Counted from the stretch's first letter, positions 9,854 through 21,258 are shown. The stretch is 64,000 bases of DNA from a virus (IMGVR_UViG_3300028392_000059:1-64000); one strand, 5' to 3'. The notes: a model not told the origin generated them from the sequence alone. Numbers and translations: made by a program.

Positions 9854-10440
9854 TACGAGCGTCCCCACTTAAGAATTAGTGTCCCGGAACCTTCGTAGAT
9901 TTGATCACAGCAGCCATCATTTGGGTCATTACCGCGTATAACGTCTCTACTAAGATACAAGCCTTTACGCATATCAAGAGATAGCATAGGACTTGCACAC
10001 GATATATTAAATAATGATTCACCAATCTCATCTGTTGTTATTTTAGAGGAAGCGCCATCAATGCGACCTTTATAAACAACAAGAGAATCTACGATATTAA
10101 GTAAAGGTAATCCTGTTGCAGGATCAATAAAGCCAAGACGAGCTTCTACAAGCTTACCAACATAAACGTTGTCAGCTTGTGCAGCACTGTCAAATGTGTT
10201 ATCAGCTAAGATAATTTTATATTGTTCGCGATCTACTGTAGTGCTAAGCTGCGGTGGATCAACTGAAACAATAAAATCATCAGCCACATACACAATATTA
10301 TTTGACATTGTCATAGTAGAGTGGTGCGTGGTAGACGCCCTAAAGAGACTACCATCACCATTTTTAATCCAAAGATTGTAAAAGATTTGACCCTGATTTG
10401 CAGCCAGAATGTTTTTGATATTAGTGCTAAATGTAAGCAT
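9853..10440 (-). CDS. minor tail / baseplate hub protein
   Basis: position between distal tail protein and tail tip; YKGRID and C-terminal LKWG. Confidence 0.65.
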   Translation of the reverse strand: MLTFSTNIKNILAANQGQIFYNLWIKNGDGSLFRASTTHHSTMTMSNNIVYVADDFIVSVDPPQLSTTVDREQYKIILADNTFDSAAQADNVYVGKLVEARLGFIDPATGLPLLNIVDSLVVYKGRIDGASSKITTDEIGESLFNISCASPMLSLDMRKGLYLSRDVIRGNDPNDGCCDQIYEGSGTLILKWGRS

Positions 10441-11033
10441 TATACTTTCTCTATCAGTTTTACAGTCCCAACATCCATTAGCATAGCATCGTCATACACC
10501 ATACCTGTTACAGTATCTGTATCATAATAGCATGACATGACAACATTATCTCGATGTTGAAATGTATTAGCATTTTGTGCTACTCGAAGTGTTGGAAATA
10601 TATTTAATGACCCTGTGCCGTTCAAATCAGCGGTAGTCATATAAATTTTAGAATGATTTGTGAACTTGATAAAAGTACCACGAGGAATTAACCCTGTGTT
10701 ACCTGCAACCGTAACAGCACTAGCACCTGCTGCGCCAGTACATGTTGGATTACTTGTCGAAGTACGTGCTTTTAATACGCCAGTGTTTTGAGGTACTAAA
10801 ATTGTAATTACTTCAGAATGCCCATTCACCACAAGATGCGCCATTAAATTTTGCGCACCGACCGTAAGAGGCTCAAGTTTGGTTTCTAACTCCCAACGTT
10901 GAGCACTCCTACGACCGATATTTCTCTTAAGGGAAAGGGTATCCGAAATAAAAACAGGCACATTAGAACGCATTGTCATCGGAGTAACAAATTGCGCAAT
11001 TACTGTACTGTTTTCATAGATACCGTAAGGCAT
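10440..11033 (-). CDS. distal tail protein
   Basis: follows the tape measure; AQRWEL, GTFIKF.NHSKIY, IFPTLR. Confidence 0.7.
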   Translation of the reverse strand: MPYGIYENSTVIAQFVTPMTMRSNVPVFISDTLSLKRNIGRRSAQRWELETKLEPLTVGAQNLMAHLVVNGHSEVITILVPQNTGVLKARTSTSNPTCTGAAGASAVTVAGNTGLIPRGTFIKFTNHSKIYMTTADLNGTGSLNIFPTLRVAQNANTFQHRDNVVMSCYYDTDTVTGMVYDDAMLMDVGTVKLIEKV

Positions 11034-14000
11034 TACTTATACCCTTTTTCCTTGTTATGTGCGTTAACACCAGCCGCGATTTGCGGAAGTAGATTGTAGA
11101 TTTCAGCTCTAGTTTGACGACTGATATCGCCTGTAATACCAAGATTAATTTCAGTTTTACCGCCATCAGCTTTAGCTGTAAGTTTAGACTGATCAATTGT
11201 AGACATTGTAGGCAATGCAAGTATAGGTGCACCTAAGTTATTACCGCTAGCAGGGCCACCTTTAGCAAGCTTAGTGATCGTACCACTGTTGATAGCTCTT
11301 AAAAGATTACCATGCTTCTTTGTAGCCTTAGCATTTACAACAAATTCACCATCAGACAACATTGCTGGAATGCTATCACTTGTGCCAGTTCCCGGACCGC
11401 TCACGTGGCCGCCATCAGCAAAGAAGGAACCAATCAGAGTCCCAAAGAGAGCACCAAGACCGCCAGCGGCACCCGCAAGTCCACCCATGCCGCCTCCAGC
11501 GCCTCCGAGACTCTTACCAATACCCTTTGTGAGTGTATCAGTGCTTGTCTTAAAAGTATCACCTAAACCCTTGGTAAGTGCATCGGTACTACTACCAAAC
11601 GTACTCCCAAGAACGTCAGCACCATCTGTAAGACTGCCAGTAATATCACCACCAAGTGCTGCACCACCTTTACCAAGCAAACCACCAATACCGTTTGAGA
11701 TAGGCGCAATAGAACCAGACATATCAGGAAGACTGGTTAAGCTATTACCAAGCGCACCAAAATCACTTGTAAGATTACTACCAACATCAGGAAGACCTGC
11801 AAGGCTCATAGCACCACTACCACTAGGATCAAGACCCTGGCCAAATGTCCAAGGAGTTTTACTGCTAGCGTCAAATGCTGATACAGTATCAAACAATGAA
11901 CCTACACCTGAAGTGTCTTGCTTTTGACCACCAAAAATACTACCATCAAACACACCTTTAATAGCTTTTGTAATGAAGCCATTTTCACCTGTAATAGAAT
12001 CAGTCATGCTATTTACAATTGTGTGAAGAATATCACTAGAAAGACCATCAAAGATTGTTTTAAAGAAATCACCCTTACCTGTGAAAGCATCGTAAAGTGC
12101 TGTTTTAAGATTAGAGTCAAGGCTGGTTGCAATGGTGTCACCAAGCTTCTTGAAGATACTATCAGCGTTTAAGATACTATTTGAAAACTTGTCAAGGTCT
12201 TCACGCATATCTTTAAGCTGTTTTGCCAACTTGTCTGTAGGCAGACCATTAGCAACTGCAGTATCAATCTCTTCCATCTTAGCACGAATATCATCAGCAG
12301 CCTTGTTCAGCTTAATTTGCTGCTTAGGCGACGCTGCAATACGTGTAGCTTCAGGAATTAAATCAGCACGACCTGCAGCAAGTTTATGATCACGAGCAGC
12401 AAGTAATGCATCAGACGCTCTAAACAGGTCATGAGGCTTATTCGCATAATCAATAGGCTTAGGTGTATCTATTGTAGCAATCTGTGGATCAGCTGTAGAT
12501 GTTTGGCGAGTATCTGCAAAACCAAAATGAATATGATTTTTATGGCTCTTATCGTTAATACCATGTGGTCCCATATCAGGACCAAATACTTGCTTAGTAC
12601 CGCCAGCATTATAACGTGGCTTGATACCATACTTAGCAAGAGCAGCTTCTACAGCCTTTGTTGTAAGACGAACACCCGGAACACTAAAGTCTAAAGCATG
12701 CGGATCAGGCCCATAATGATCTGATACATTACCGTCTGCAGTAAGCCTTTTATGTTTAGCAGGATCTTTGATGATAGCAGTTGGCCATTCAGCTTTAATA
12801 GCCGACGCTACGTCTTTTGCAGTAAGTGTTGTGGTTTCACTAGTATTAAGTTTACCAAGAAGAGCTTTAGTATTATCTTCAGTAGCCTTAGTGTTCTTAT
12901 CAAGAGGCGTAGCAAGGAAATCTTTGAGGTCTTGCCCAAATTCCGTTTTGAACAATTCTTCAAAACTCTTACGTAAAGCTTCTAGATCAGCACCAGGTTT
13001 AAGAAAGGCATCGTTAATGATCTTACCAAGTCCGGGTGTAAGATTAGGAAGTTCCAAAGCCTTGCTAAAGAAGTCAGTATTAACAGCGTCACTTGTGATC
13101 TTTTTACGTTGATCTTGAGGAAGCTTATTAAATTGACGTTCATTTAAATCAAAGTTAGGGAAGATTTCCTTGATCTTAGCAAGACCAGTTTTAGCGCCAC
13201 GCTCCCAAGCATCAGCAAAGCTATTTGAAATGTCGCTAAACAATGAAATGTATTCGCCAGTTTGTTTAAGCTTACGCGCAAAAGCAAACGAACTAACACC
13301 CGCATCAGCAAACGCTTGAAGCTTAGCTTTTACAGCATCAGCAGCGTTAGCAAGGTACGCAGAAAATTGAACACCAAAAACACCAGTGTTAACAGCATCA
13401 AGTGATGTGCTAAAAGCTTCATTAATACGCTCAGCATACTTGTCAGCTGAAATAGTAAGCTTTTGAAGCATAACATCACGTTCACGCTCAAGCTTTAACG
13501 CCTCAGCCTGAAGTTGGATAGCTTCTTGAAGATTACTAGTGTCATCAGCCTTTAACTTCTTAAGTTGAATTTTCTTATCAAGCTCAACAAGCTGTTGTAA
13601 CTGCTGCGTATCAATACGAGCAATAGTAGCTGCATCAGTAAGTCCACTACGAGAAAGACTATCAAAGAAACCCTTACCGGTGTTACTAAAAGATGCCACA
13701 AGCTTTTCACGAATTTTACCAAGCAACTCGGCTTTCTTTGTGAGTAAGCTAGACACATCTTGAGTAGGTGCGGCCTTCTTTAAGGCTTCTTCAATTTTAT
13801 GAATTTCAGCAGCAACACTAGAAACATTAGAACGTGCATCTTGGCTTAAACGAGCAAAACTAAGAGCATTGATTTCAATACCAGCTTCATTAATATCAGC
13901 AAGTAATTCTTTAAAACCATAACGATCTTTATGTCGGCTTTCACCACCACTCTTTGTACCTAACGCACTCAGTGCCACTTGTGCTTGTGCAGCTTTGTTG

Positions 14001-17000
14001 GCATTTTCAGTGAGGCTATCCGAAGCCATTTTAATGTACTTAGGATCAACCTTGCCCTGATTGTCGTTAATATACTTCTGCTGTGAGTAAGCATTAACAT
14101 TAGCATCACTGATTGTCTTCTGAAGCTTAAGTGCTTTTGTAGAACGTACATTGCTGCTAAGAATGTTAGGATCAGTAATACCTGCAAGACTTGCGCCTGC
14201 AGCACCACTAATACCATTATCGGTGATTGTTTGAATAGAACGACTTAAAGCGTTTGCAGATGCAATCTTAAGATCGTAAGTATCAGAAATAACTTGGCGA
14301 AGTTTAGCTTGATAATTCTCTAAAGCAGATGGATCACTACCTAGTTTATTTAAGGCGTTATTAGCATCTACAGAGGCTACGTTTACTTCTTGAATTTTCT
14401 GAGTAAGATCAACAATATCTTTTGTTGGTAAATTAATATACTCAGACATACTAAGAGTAGGTACGTCAAACTTCTGAAGAGCAGAATTAATACCTTCAAG
14501 ACTAAAATCTTTAGGTGCCATTTTCTGAAGTGACAGACGAGCATCATTAGCTTTGTTACGTAAATCTTGAAGATAAGCAGGAGCAGCATCCGACGGTGCA
14601 CTATCAAGCTCAGCTTTAAGACGTAAATATTCACTAGAAGCTTCTGAAAAAGCTTTAGACGCTTTGTCACCAGAAATCTTAAATGCAGTCAATGCATCAA
14701 CAGAAACAGAACCACCAAGAGCGCCACTTTGCTGTTGTGCTTGAGTACCAAGTAAGAGATCGTTAGTGTTAATGTCAATAAGAGCTTTAGCACTTGCTTC
14801 CGTGCTTGCAAGACGTTCTTGAGCAAACTTACGAGCAGATAATGTAGACGAGTCTTGAAAAGCTTTTTGAGCTTCTAAATGCTGGTCTGCATACAGTTTA
14901 TATTGTGCAAGATCTTTATCAAGACCGTTAAATTTAGACATGTCATTAGCACTAAAACCAATACCAAGATTAGCAGCATCTGTGCCAACTGATTTTAAGC
15001 GTTCAGTTTGTTTAGCAATATCAAGTTGATGTTTACCAAGATCAACAACAGCTTTAGCAGCCTTAATCTTAGCAAGGCCTGCTTGGTCTGCGATAGTTTT
15101 CTCACGAAGACTACGTTTAATAAAGTCAGCTTGGCTATTATCACCCTCGTAGCTACGATAGCCTTCACGTGTAGTTTTAAGAACTCGCGCGCTAGCTTCA
15201 TTAAACTTCTTTGCAGCGATATCATAATTTACTTGAGCTTGTGACTTATTTACTGCATCAGGATTAGCTTGATCATACGCAAGCCTAGCTTTACTCTTTG
15301 TAGGTTCATATGCGCCAGGCTTAGCAAACTTATAGTACTTTTCAGCTTCTTTAGAAATGGCAGCATCAAAAGTATTATAGCGTTGCGCTTGTGCAATCGA
15401 AGGATCTTTGATACGATCACGCACTCCATCGTACAACGAAGAAATACCGCTACCAAGACCTGTAAGTACATCAATAACAGATGTAACACCTGTAACGTCT
15501 TGCACAAACTTACTAATATCTGAATTCAAAAACGTTTTAGCAAGATTAAGAAAACCAATACCAAGCTGTTCAGCAGCCCACGCAAGTCCACCTACAACAG
15601 CCGCTGTATCAACATACAGTTCATGCCCAACAAGCTTCATTGCATCAGAAATACCTTTACCCATTTTGTAGAAGACGGCCTCAACGAAACCATCACCACC
15701 GGGACCAAAGATAAGTCGACTAAAGTTACCTGTTAACGAACTATCACCACCGGCAATATTCTGTTGAGCAGCAGCGACACGCTGTTGTGTAACCTCATTA
15801 CCAGTTTTACGATTAGGATCAATTGTAGCGTATCTAGCAAGGCGATCAAGAACTTCATTATATTGTGCTTGCGCAAGAAGCTTAGTCTCTTCATTATTAC
15901 CACTCTTTGCTTTCTCAGCAAGATTAGCAAAGGCGTCTTGCGCTGTTTTTAAGTAACTATCAAGAGCAGCTTGCTCATCAGCTGACAATTTACCTAAGTC
16001 AATATTTTGAAGTTCATTAGCATAGTTAAAATCTTGACCAGCAACTTTATTTTTACCGTAATCAGTAGCAAGCTTGCTAGATTTACCAACGTCAGTTTTA
16101 GCTTCAACACCAAAAAGACCAAGGACATTATCGCCAAGCCATTTAATATTGTCACTAAACTTGTCGAAGGGGCCAATAAAACCTACAAAAGCAGCAGCAA
16201 GTAATGCACCTGTTACAGCAATAGGTACCCAAACGTCAGCAGTAACACCTAATACTACTTCTACTAAACCAGCAAATGCGCCCCATACAAGACGACCTGC
16301 TCCAAGTAGCATTGCACCAAAACCACCAAGCATACCAAGCAAAGGCTTAAGAAGCTTACCAAACGAAGCACTGATACCACCTGCAGCGCCTGCAGCAATA
16401 TTATCTGTAACAGCGCCTTCAACAGCGCTTACAGGATTTGCTTTATTAGGTTTAGCAATATTCTTAAGAACATCAGCAAGTTTACTAACACCACCAAGCG
16501 CATTTTCAACTGTCATTGCAGCCCAAAATGCTTTAACAGCTTTCATTCGTTCACCCCACCATGCGGTAGAGAAGATTGGTGAAGCTGTGATAGTCCCTAT
16601 GTACGTTTTGACATCAGCAGTAGCAGCTTTCCAGCCAGCAGCATTTGCGCCGGGAACAAGGGATTTGGTAAGTTCAGCACGTTTAGTAGCAAGTTCAGTA
16701 GCCTGATCAGCATTAATCTGTTTAATAAAGCCAGTGCGTGAAGGAAGCCCTTGTGCTTTACGATCTTTCTTTGAAATCTTATCGTAATCGTCAAGAGCAT
16801 ACATTTTCTTTTCGCGCTGTAAAGACTTAAAATCTTCTAATTTGCCACCAACAGAATCATTGATGAATGAATTCTTCGTTGATTTAAAAGTAGAGAAACC
16901 TTTCCATACAGCAGAAAGACCACGCAATGCAGCAGTCAGCACAAGCGTAGATACAGCAATTGTACCAATGCTAGAACCAAGGTTACTAAAGGCACCACTT

Positions 17001-20000
17001 GCAGAAACAGCAGCCTGTGCAGTCCCAGCAAGGCCAATAGTAACACTAATCGCAGCAGCAACAAGAAATAACTTGCTCTTAAGTAATGTACCAAGGCTCT
17101 TAAAGTAAGGCTCAACAAAAGCAAAGAACCTAATCATACTTGCCTTAAGTCCGGAAAGAGTATTTGCAATTAGTTCTACAAACGTAGCACCAATAATAGC
17201 ACTTCCAGACTTGATGATAGCAACAAGTTTGATCAGTTTTTCTTTTGTAGACTTACTAATATCACCAACGGATAATGTAGGCGTAATGTTAGTGCCTTTT
17301 ACACTATCTTTCAAATTACGGAAAGACTTCTTAAAATCTGTCTTTTCAAAAGTAGGAATACCACCAGCATTACCCGTTTGTCGCGTAAACAACATGCTTT
17401 TGAGATCAATTTCACCAGCAGCATACCGTTTACGATTAGCAATAATATTATCAAAGACATTCTTGAAGTCATTCTTTACTTCATCAAGTGCCTTTGCGAT
17501 TGGCCCTTTCTGACGACGAGTAGATGCAGACAACGAAGTAAAAATACCGTCAAAAGAATTTGTAAATTTATCTATAGCAGTTTGTGGAAGAGCAGCGTGA
17601 ACTAGTGCAGAGCCAAGTGTACCAACAACGTCACCAACAAGCTTAAGACCTATTGACGAAACGTCTTTAAGAAACCTAGCACCACCGTCTTTACCAAATA
17701 TTGCAATGGCAAGAAAAGGAATAGCTGCTTGACTTACTTCAGTAAGTTTAAATGCATCTGTAAAGCCAAGAGAAATGATACCAGCAGCAAGCGCCGCAAA
17801 CTTAGGCTCATCAAAGAAATCTGTAGCTAGACGCTTAGTGATATTGAGCTTGGACGCATTACCAATTAATGGTCCTGCATAACCTTGAAACAATGCATTA
17901 AAAATACCAGCTTTAGGTGCTCGCTTTTCTGTACCTGGACGACCAAAGATAACAGTGAAGATATCTTTAAACTTCATACCAGAGAATTTAGCATATGCAA
18001 GTGCAATTGCTGCAATAGAACCAATAACACCGTTTGAAAAGATTGGAATGAGATTATCAAAGAAGTTTAGTGGACCTTGCAGAGCAGGTACTAAACCAAC
18101 TAAAAAGCTCTCAAGAATACGCGGAAGTGCTTTACCAACAAGAATAATATCTTCAAGCATTGCAGTAAATAAATGCTTAGCAAATTCTGCACCAATCTTA
18201 CCTGCAGCATCACCGATGCTAGGGGCAAGCTTTGCAACGGCACCGCCAGTTGCTGTGTCAATAACGCTAAGTAAATACCCAATGGCAAATACTTTTCCAA
18301 CACCTTCAGATTTAACTAAAGCAAATGCAGCATAAAGAATAGATACAAAACTATTTGCAATATTTTTAGCAGACTCACCCCAATTAATAGACTTGATTGT
18401 AAATGCAATTTCAGAGAAAGAAGAACCAAATTTACCAGCAAATGTTTGTACTTTTTCTAAAAGCTTCTTAAAGACATTAATGATAAAGTCTTTAAATTTA
18501 CCGATGTAATCTGTAGACGATGATAAACGAGTAGTGTGCTTGTTTACACCATCAACAAGATCGGGCCAGTAGGAGTGACCAACAACTTTATCCCAGATGT
18601 CATAAAAGACACCCTTTACATAAGTGCCAAACTTTTGAATGCGAGATTCTACACCACCAAGATGTGAGTTAGCATAGTTAAGCAGAGACTTAAACATCTG
18701 AATAACATAACCAATAGCAGCATTAGCAGCATTTTTCAAGCTATCAAAAACAGCACCGTAATCGATTGTAGTGAGTTGTTTGTAAATTTCTGAAGCAACA
18801 CCTGTAAAGACACCAACAACACCTGCAGCAATAGACTTCAAAAGACCTAAAACAATACCGACGATAGCTTTACCAAGGCCCTTAGAATAACCGTCCAGTG
18901 AAGACGATTTTTCTACAATGCCTGTAAATAGAGAAGCTAGACCTTTTGTGCCAGCTACAATACCATCTACTAAGCTTTTACCAAAAGCAACACCACGTTT
19001 AAAGCTAAAGGAAGCCTTAAAGGTATCACTAACAGTCTTCAAAACAACATACAAACTAACTTTGATGTTATAGATGAATTTAGAAAGGTCAGGTGCAATT
19101 AAGTCGTCGTACAAACGTTTAGCCGCATCGCCAGCAAGACGGAAATACTGCGCAAGGCGGTCAAGGCGTGTATCACGAATACGAATAAGCTGATTGTCAA
19201 TAAGGCCAAGTTTGATTAAGAATGTCTGAGCGGGCCATACCCAACTCTTAAAAAGAACACGCTCTTTTTCTTTAAAGATGTAATCCCAGTTATCAAGTCG
19301 AATAAGATGATTGTCAATAATGTCATTAACTTTAGATAAATTAGCAGCAAATTCTACAATACTACGCGATTTAAATAAATCAACAAGAGCACGACCAGCA
19401 AAGTTATCGCTGAAAGAGCCTAATGTAAGAGTTTCAGCAACAGCCTCAAGAGAGCGATTTAATGGAAGCAGTGATTTGTAAATAAACACATCAACAGCTT
19501 TACCGCTCTTTGCAAAATTAGCAATGATTGTTTCTTTAAAACGAACAAAAGGTAAAGTAATGTATGGAACTGTACGTGCAATATTACGCACAAAGATTTC
19601 GAATGTACGTGCAAATTGCGCAAGTGTATCAACAATTGCTTCAACACTCTTACGAGTATCACCAACATCAAAGAAGCTATTTTCCTTAGTTGGCTTCTTT
19701 ACACGAGAGAAAAGTTTTTGAATTAAGTTAGGCGGAACAGCAGCTTCTTGCGACTTACCAAAGAACGCTTTGAATTCTTGCAAAATTAATGCGGACTGCT
19801 TTTTAAGTTCAGTCTTTGTAGAGCTAACGTTAAATACATCACCAATGTTGAATTTATGCTTATTAAGCATATCAAGATTAGCAAGGTAGTTGTTAAAAGC
19901 ATTCTTTACAGTAAGCAGCTTTAGCGTGATGCTATCAGACGAGCCACTAATACCTTTAGCCATGCTTGCAAAGCTAGAGCCAAGCTTACTTGAAAAACCG

Positions 20001-20899
20001 ATTGCAAGATTGATATCACCAAAGAAATAGCTAAGTGACTGCCTAAGCATATTAAAGCCAGCAGCAGCACTTACAGTAGTTTTGTTAAAATCTTTATCGG
20101 TAGAGTCAGCCATCTTTTCGATAGCTGTAATAACTTGGTCCGCTGTCAACTGCCCATTAGCAGCAAATTGACGCATTTGCCCAACAGTCAAGCCTAATGA
20201 TTTTGCAAGACCTTGACCTAAATAGGCCATCTGCTCCATGACAGAGTTGAGCTCTTCACCGCGCAGCGTACCTGAGCCAATACCCTGACCGAGCTGCACA
20301 AGAGCCGCATTAACAGAGTCAATAGAAGAACCAGACAACGTACCAGCTTGCTGAATTGTCTTTGTAATCTTAAGAATACGCTGTGAACTTACATTAGCAC
20401 TTTCAAGCGACTTAGAAAACGTTGTGTAAATAGCAGCATTAGAAGCTAATGACGTACGCGTATCTTGCGATACTTTAAATAATTCACGTTGACGCTGTGT
20501 CAGCTCATACGTATCTTTTGTAACAAGTTTAAGACGATTACGAATAGTGTTAAGATCGTCACCTGCTTGTGCAAATAGCTGTGTACCCTTTGTAGCAGCA
20601 AATGTTGCAGCAATTGTAAGGATAGAGCCTTTAAGCAGACTTAAATTTGCACGCAAATCTGTACTATCACTTGCAACGGCGCGTAAAGAAGAACTACCAC
20701 TGCTACGAAAGTTACGAAATACTGAGCTAGATTCGTTAACAGTACGATTTAGGTCTTTAAAAGGTTTAGTGTCCACATTGCCAATGTTGTTAGCTTTTGA
20801 TCCAGTAAGAATCATTTGTGCTAACGAACGATTAAGACTTTTTAAGTCCTGTTGTGCTTTTGTGGAATTTGTATCGACGTCAATTACAATACCCGACAT
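11033..20899 (-). CDS. tape measure protein (3288 aa) with embedded zinc-peptidase domain
   Basis: QLGQGIGSGTLRGEELNSVMEQ tape-measure motif; FADGGHVSGPGTGTSDSIPAMLSDGEFVV C-terminal motif; Ala/Gly-rich helical composition. Confidence 0.95.
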   Translation of the reverse strand: MSGIVIDVDTNSTKAQQDLKSLNRSLAQMILTGSKANNIGNVDTKPFKDLNRTVNESSSVFRNFRSSGSSSLRAVASDSTDLRANLSLLKGSILTIAATFAATKGTQLFAQAGDDLNTIRNRLKLVTKDTYELTQRQRELFKVSQDTRTSLASNAAIYTTFSKSLESANVSSQRILKITKTIQQAGTLSGSSIDSVNAALVQLGQGIGSGTLRGEELNSVMEQMAYLGQGLAKSLGLTVGQMRQFAANGQLTADQVITAIEKMADSTDKDFNKTTVSAAAGFNMLRQSLSYFFGDINLAIGFSSKLGSSFASMAKGISGSSDSITLKLLTVKNAFNNYLANLDMLNKHKFNIGDVFNVSSTKTELKKQSALILQEFKAFFGKSQEAAVPPNLIQKLFSRVKKPTKENSFFDVGDTRKSVEAIVDTLAQFARTFEIFVRNIARTVPYITLPFVRFKETIIANFAKSGKAVDVFIYKSLLPLNRSLEAVAETLTLGSFSDNFAGRALVDLFKSRSIVEFAANLSKVNDIIDNHLIRLDNWDYIFKEKERVLFKSWVWPAQTFLIKLGLIDNQLIRIRDTRLDRLAQYFRLAGDAAKRLYDDLIAPDLSKFIYNIKVSLYVVLKTVSDTFKASFSFKRGVAFGKSLVDGIVAGTKGLASLFTGIVEKSSSLDGYSKGLGKAIVGIVLGLLKSIAAGVVGVFTGVASEIYKQLTTIDYGAVFDSLKNAANAAIGYVIQMFKSLLNYANSHLGGVESRIQKFGTYVKGVFYDIWDKVVGHSYWPDLVDGVNKHTTRLSSSTDYIGKFKDFIINVFKKLLEKVQTFAGKFGSSFSEIAFTIKSINWGESAKNIANSFVSILYAAFALVKSEGVGKVFAIGYLLSVIDTATGGAVAKLAPSIGDAAGKIGAEFAKHLFTAMLEDIILVGKALPRILESFLVGLVPALQGPLNFFDNLIPIFSNGVIGSIAAIALAYAKFSGMKFKDIFTVIFGRPGTEKRAPKAGIFNALFQGYAGPLIGNASKLNITKRLATDFFDEPKFAALAAGIISLGFTDAFKLTEVSQAAIPFLAIAIFGKDGGARFLKDVSSIGLKLVGDVVGTLGSALVHAALPQTAIDKFTNSFDGIFTSLSASTRRQKGPIAKALDEVKNDFKNVFDNIIANRKRYAAGEIDLKSMLFTRQTGNAGGIPTFEKTDFKKSFRNLKDSVKGTNITPTLSVGDISKSTKEKLIKLVAIIKSGSAIIGATFVELIANTLSGLKASMIRFFAFVEPYFKSLGTLLKSKLFLVAAAISVTIGLAGTAQAAVSASGAFSNLGSSIGTIAVSTLVLTAALRGLSAVWKGFSTFKSTKNSFINDSVGGKLEDFKSLQREKKMYALDDYDKISKKDRKAQGLPSRTGFIKQINADQATELATKRAELTKSLVPGANAAGWKAATADVKTYIGTITASPIFSTAWWGERMKAVKAFWAAMTVENALGGVSKLADVLKNIAKPNKANPVSAVEGAVTDNIAAGAAGGISASFGKLLKPLLGMLGGFGAMLLGAGRLVWGAFAGLVEVVLGVTADVWVPIAVTGALLAAAFVGFIGPFDKFSDNIKWLGDNVLGLFGVEAKTDVGKSSKLATDYGKNKVAGQDFNYANELQNIDLGKLSADEQAALDSYLKTAQDAFANLAEKAKSGNNEETKLLAQAQYNEVLDRLARYATIDPNRKTGNEVTQQRVAAAQQNIAGGDSSLTGNFSRLIFGPGGDGFVEAVFYKMGKGISDAMKLVGHELYVDTAAVVGGLAWAAEQLGIGFLNLAKTFLNSDISKFVQDVTGVTSVIDVLTGLGSGISSLYDGVRDRIKDPSIAQAQRYNTFDAAISKEAEKYYKFAKPGAYEPTKSKARLAYDQANPDAVNKSQAQVNYDIAAKKFNEASARVLKTTREGYRSYEGDNSQADFIKRSLREKTIADQAGLAKIKAAKAVVDLGKHQLDIAKQTERLKSVGTDAANLGIGFSANDMSKFNGLDKDLAQYKLYADQHLEAQKAFQDSSTLSARKFAQERLASTEASAKALIDINTNDLLLGTQAQQQSGALGGSVSVDALTAFKISGDKASKAFSEASSEYLRLKAELDSAPSDAAPAYLQDLRNKANDARLSLQKMAPKDFSLEGINSALQKFDVPTLSMSEYINLPTKDIVDLTQKIQEVNVASVDANNALNKLGSDPSALENYQAKLRQVISDTYDLKIASANALSRSIQTITDNGISGAAGASLAGITDPNILSSNVRSTKALKLQKTISDANVNAYSQQKYINDNQGKVDPKYIKMASDSLTENANKAAQAQVALSALGTKSGGESRHKDRYGFKELLADINEAGIEINALSFARLSQDARSNVSSVAAEIHKIEEALKKAAPTQDVSSLLTKKAELLGKIREKLVASFSNTGKGFFDSLSRSGLTDAATIARIDTQQLQQLVELDKKIQLKKLKADDTSNLQEAIQLQAEALKLERERDVMLQKLTISADKYAERINEAFSTSLDAVNTGVFGVQFSAYLANAADAVKAKLQAFADAGVSSFAFARKLKQTGEYISLFSDISNSFADAWERGAKTGLAKIKEIFPNFDLNERQFNKLPQDQRKKITSDAVNTDFFSKALELPNLTPGLGKIINDAFLKPGADLEALRKSFEELFKTEFGQDLKDFLATPLDKNTKATEDNTKALLGKLNTSETTTLTAKDVASAIKAEWPTAIIKDPAKHKRLTADGNVSDHYGPDPHALDFSVPGVRLTTKAVEAALAKYGIKPRYNAGGTKQVFGPDMGPHGINDKSHKNHIHFGFADTRQTSTADPQIATIDTPKPIDYANKPHDLFRASDALLAARDHKLAAGRADLIPEATRIAASPKQQIKLNKAADDIRAKMEEIDTAVANGLPTDKLAKQLKDMREDLDKFSNSILNADSIFKKLGDTIATSLDSNLKTALYDAFTGKGDFFKTIFDGLSSDILHTIVNSMTDSITGENGFITKAIKGVFDGSIFGGQKQDTSGVGSLFDTVSAFDASSKTPWTFGQGLDPSGSGAMSLAGLPDVGSNLTSDFGALGNSLTSLPDMSGSIAPISNGIGGLLGKGGAALGGDITGSLTDGADVLGSTFGSSTDALTKGLGDTFKTSTDTLTKGIGKSLGGAGGGMGGLAGAAGGLGALFGTLIGSFFADGGHVSGPGTGTSDSIPAMLSDGEFVVNAKATKKHGNLLRAINSGTITKLAKGGPASGNNLGAPILALPTMSTIDQSKLTAKADGGKTEINLGITGDISRQTRAEIYNLLPQIAAGVNAHNKEKGYK

Positions 20900-20910
20900 C
20901 TCAATTCCTT

Positions 20911-20956
20911 AAATAAAAAGCCCCCACCAAGTCCGGTTAAGGAGCCTAGTGAGGGC
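20911..20956 (-). terminator. intrinsic terminator upstream of the tape measure gene
   Basis: about 15-bp stem with G-U pairs on the minus strand, followed by TTTTTATTT. Confidence 0.75.
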
Positions 20957-20961
20957 AAAGA

Positions 20962-21258
20962 TCATGCAGATCTTACGATTGTTCCACTAGGGTTAATACC
21001 CTTTTGTGATAACAAAGTTTCTTCTATAAAGTAAGCAGGTGCTTGCTCAGATGAACCACTATTTAAGCGATCTATATACTCTGCGTCATTTGTGATATGT
21101 TTACCATCATGTGACCACCGACTTTCAGCAAAACCAGTATCAACAGGTGTTGCTTCTTTTAAACGTTCTACAGCCGTGTTTAAGATTTTCAGCTTTTCAG
21201 CTTTCATACGGGCGTCTACTTCTTTCTGTAGATCACCCTTCATTTTAACTGTTATCAT
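20962..21258 (-). CDS. HK97 gp10-like tail completion protein
   Basis: TPVDTG...W, N.AEYI..LN.GSS.QAP. Confidence 0.8.
   Translation of the reverse strand: MITVKMKGDLQKEVDARMKAEKLKILNTAVERLKEATPVDTGFAESRWSHDGKHITNDAEYIDRLNSGSSEQAPAYFIEETLLSQKGINPSGTIVRSA

Noticed and set aside
11274-17955. Several plus-strand ORFs of 100-217 aa inside the tape measure gene
   Set aside because: Antisense shadows, Pro/Ala-rich, no independent support
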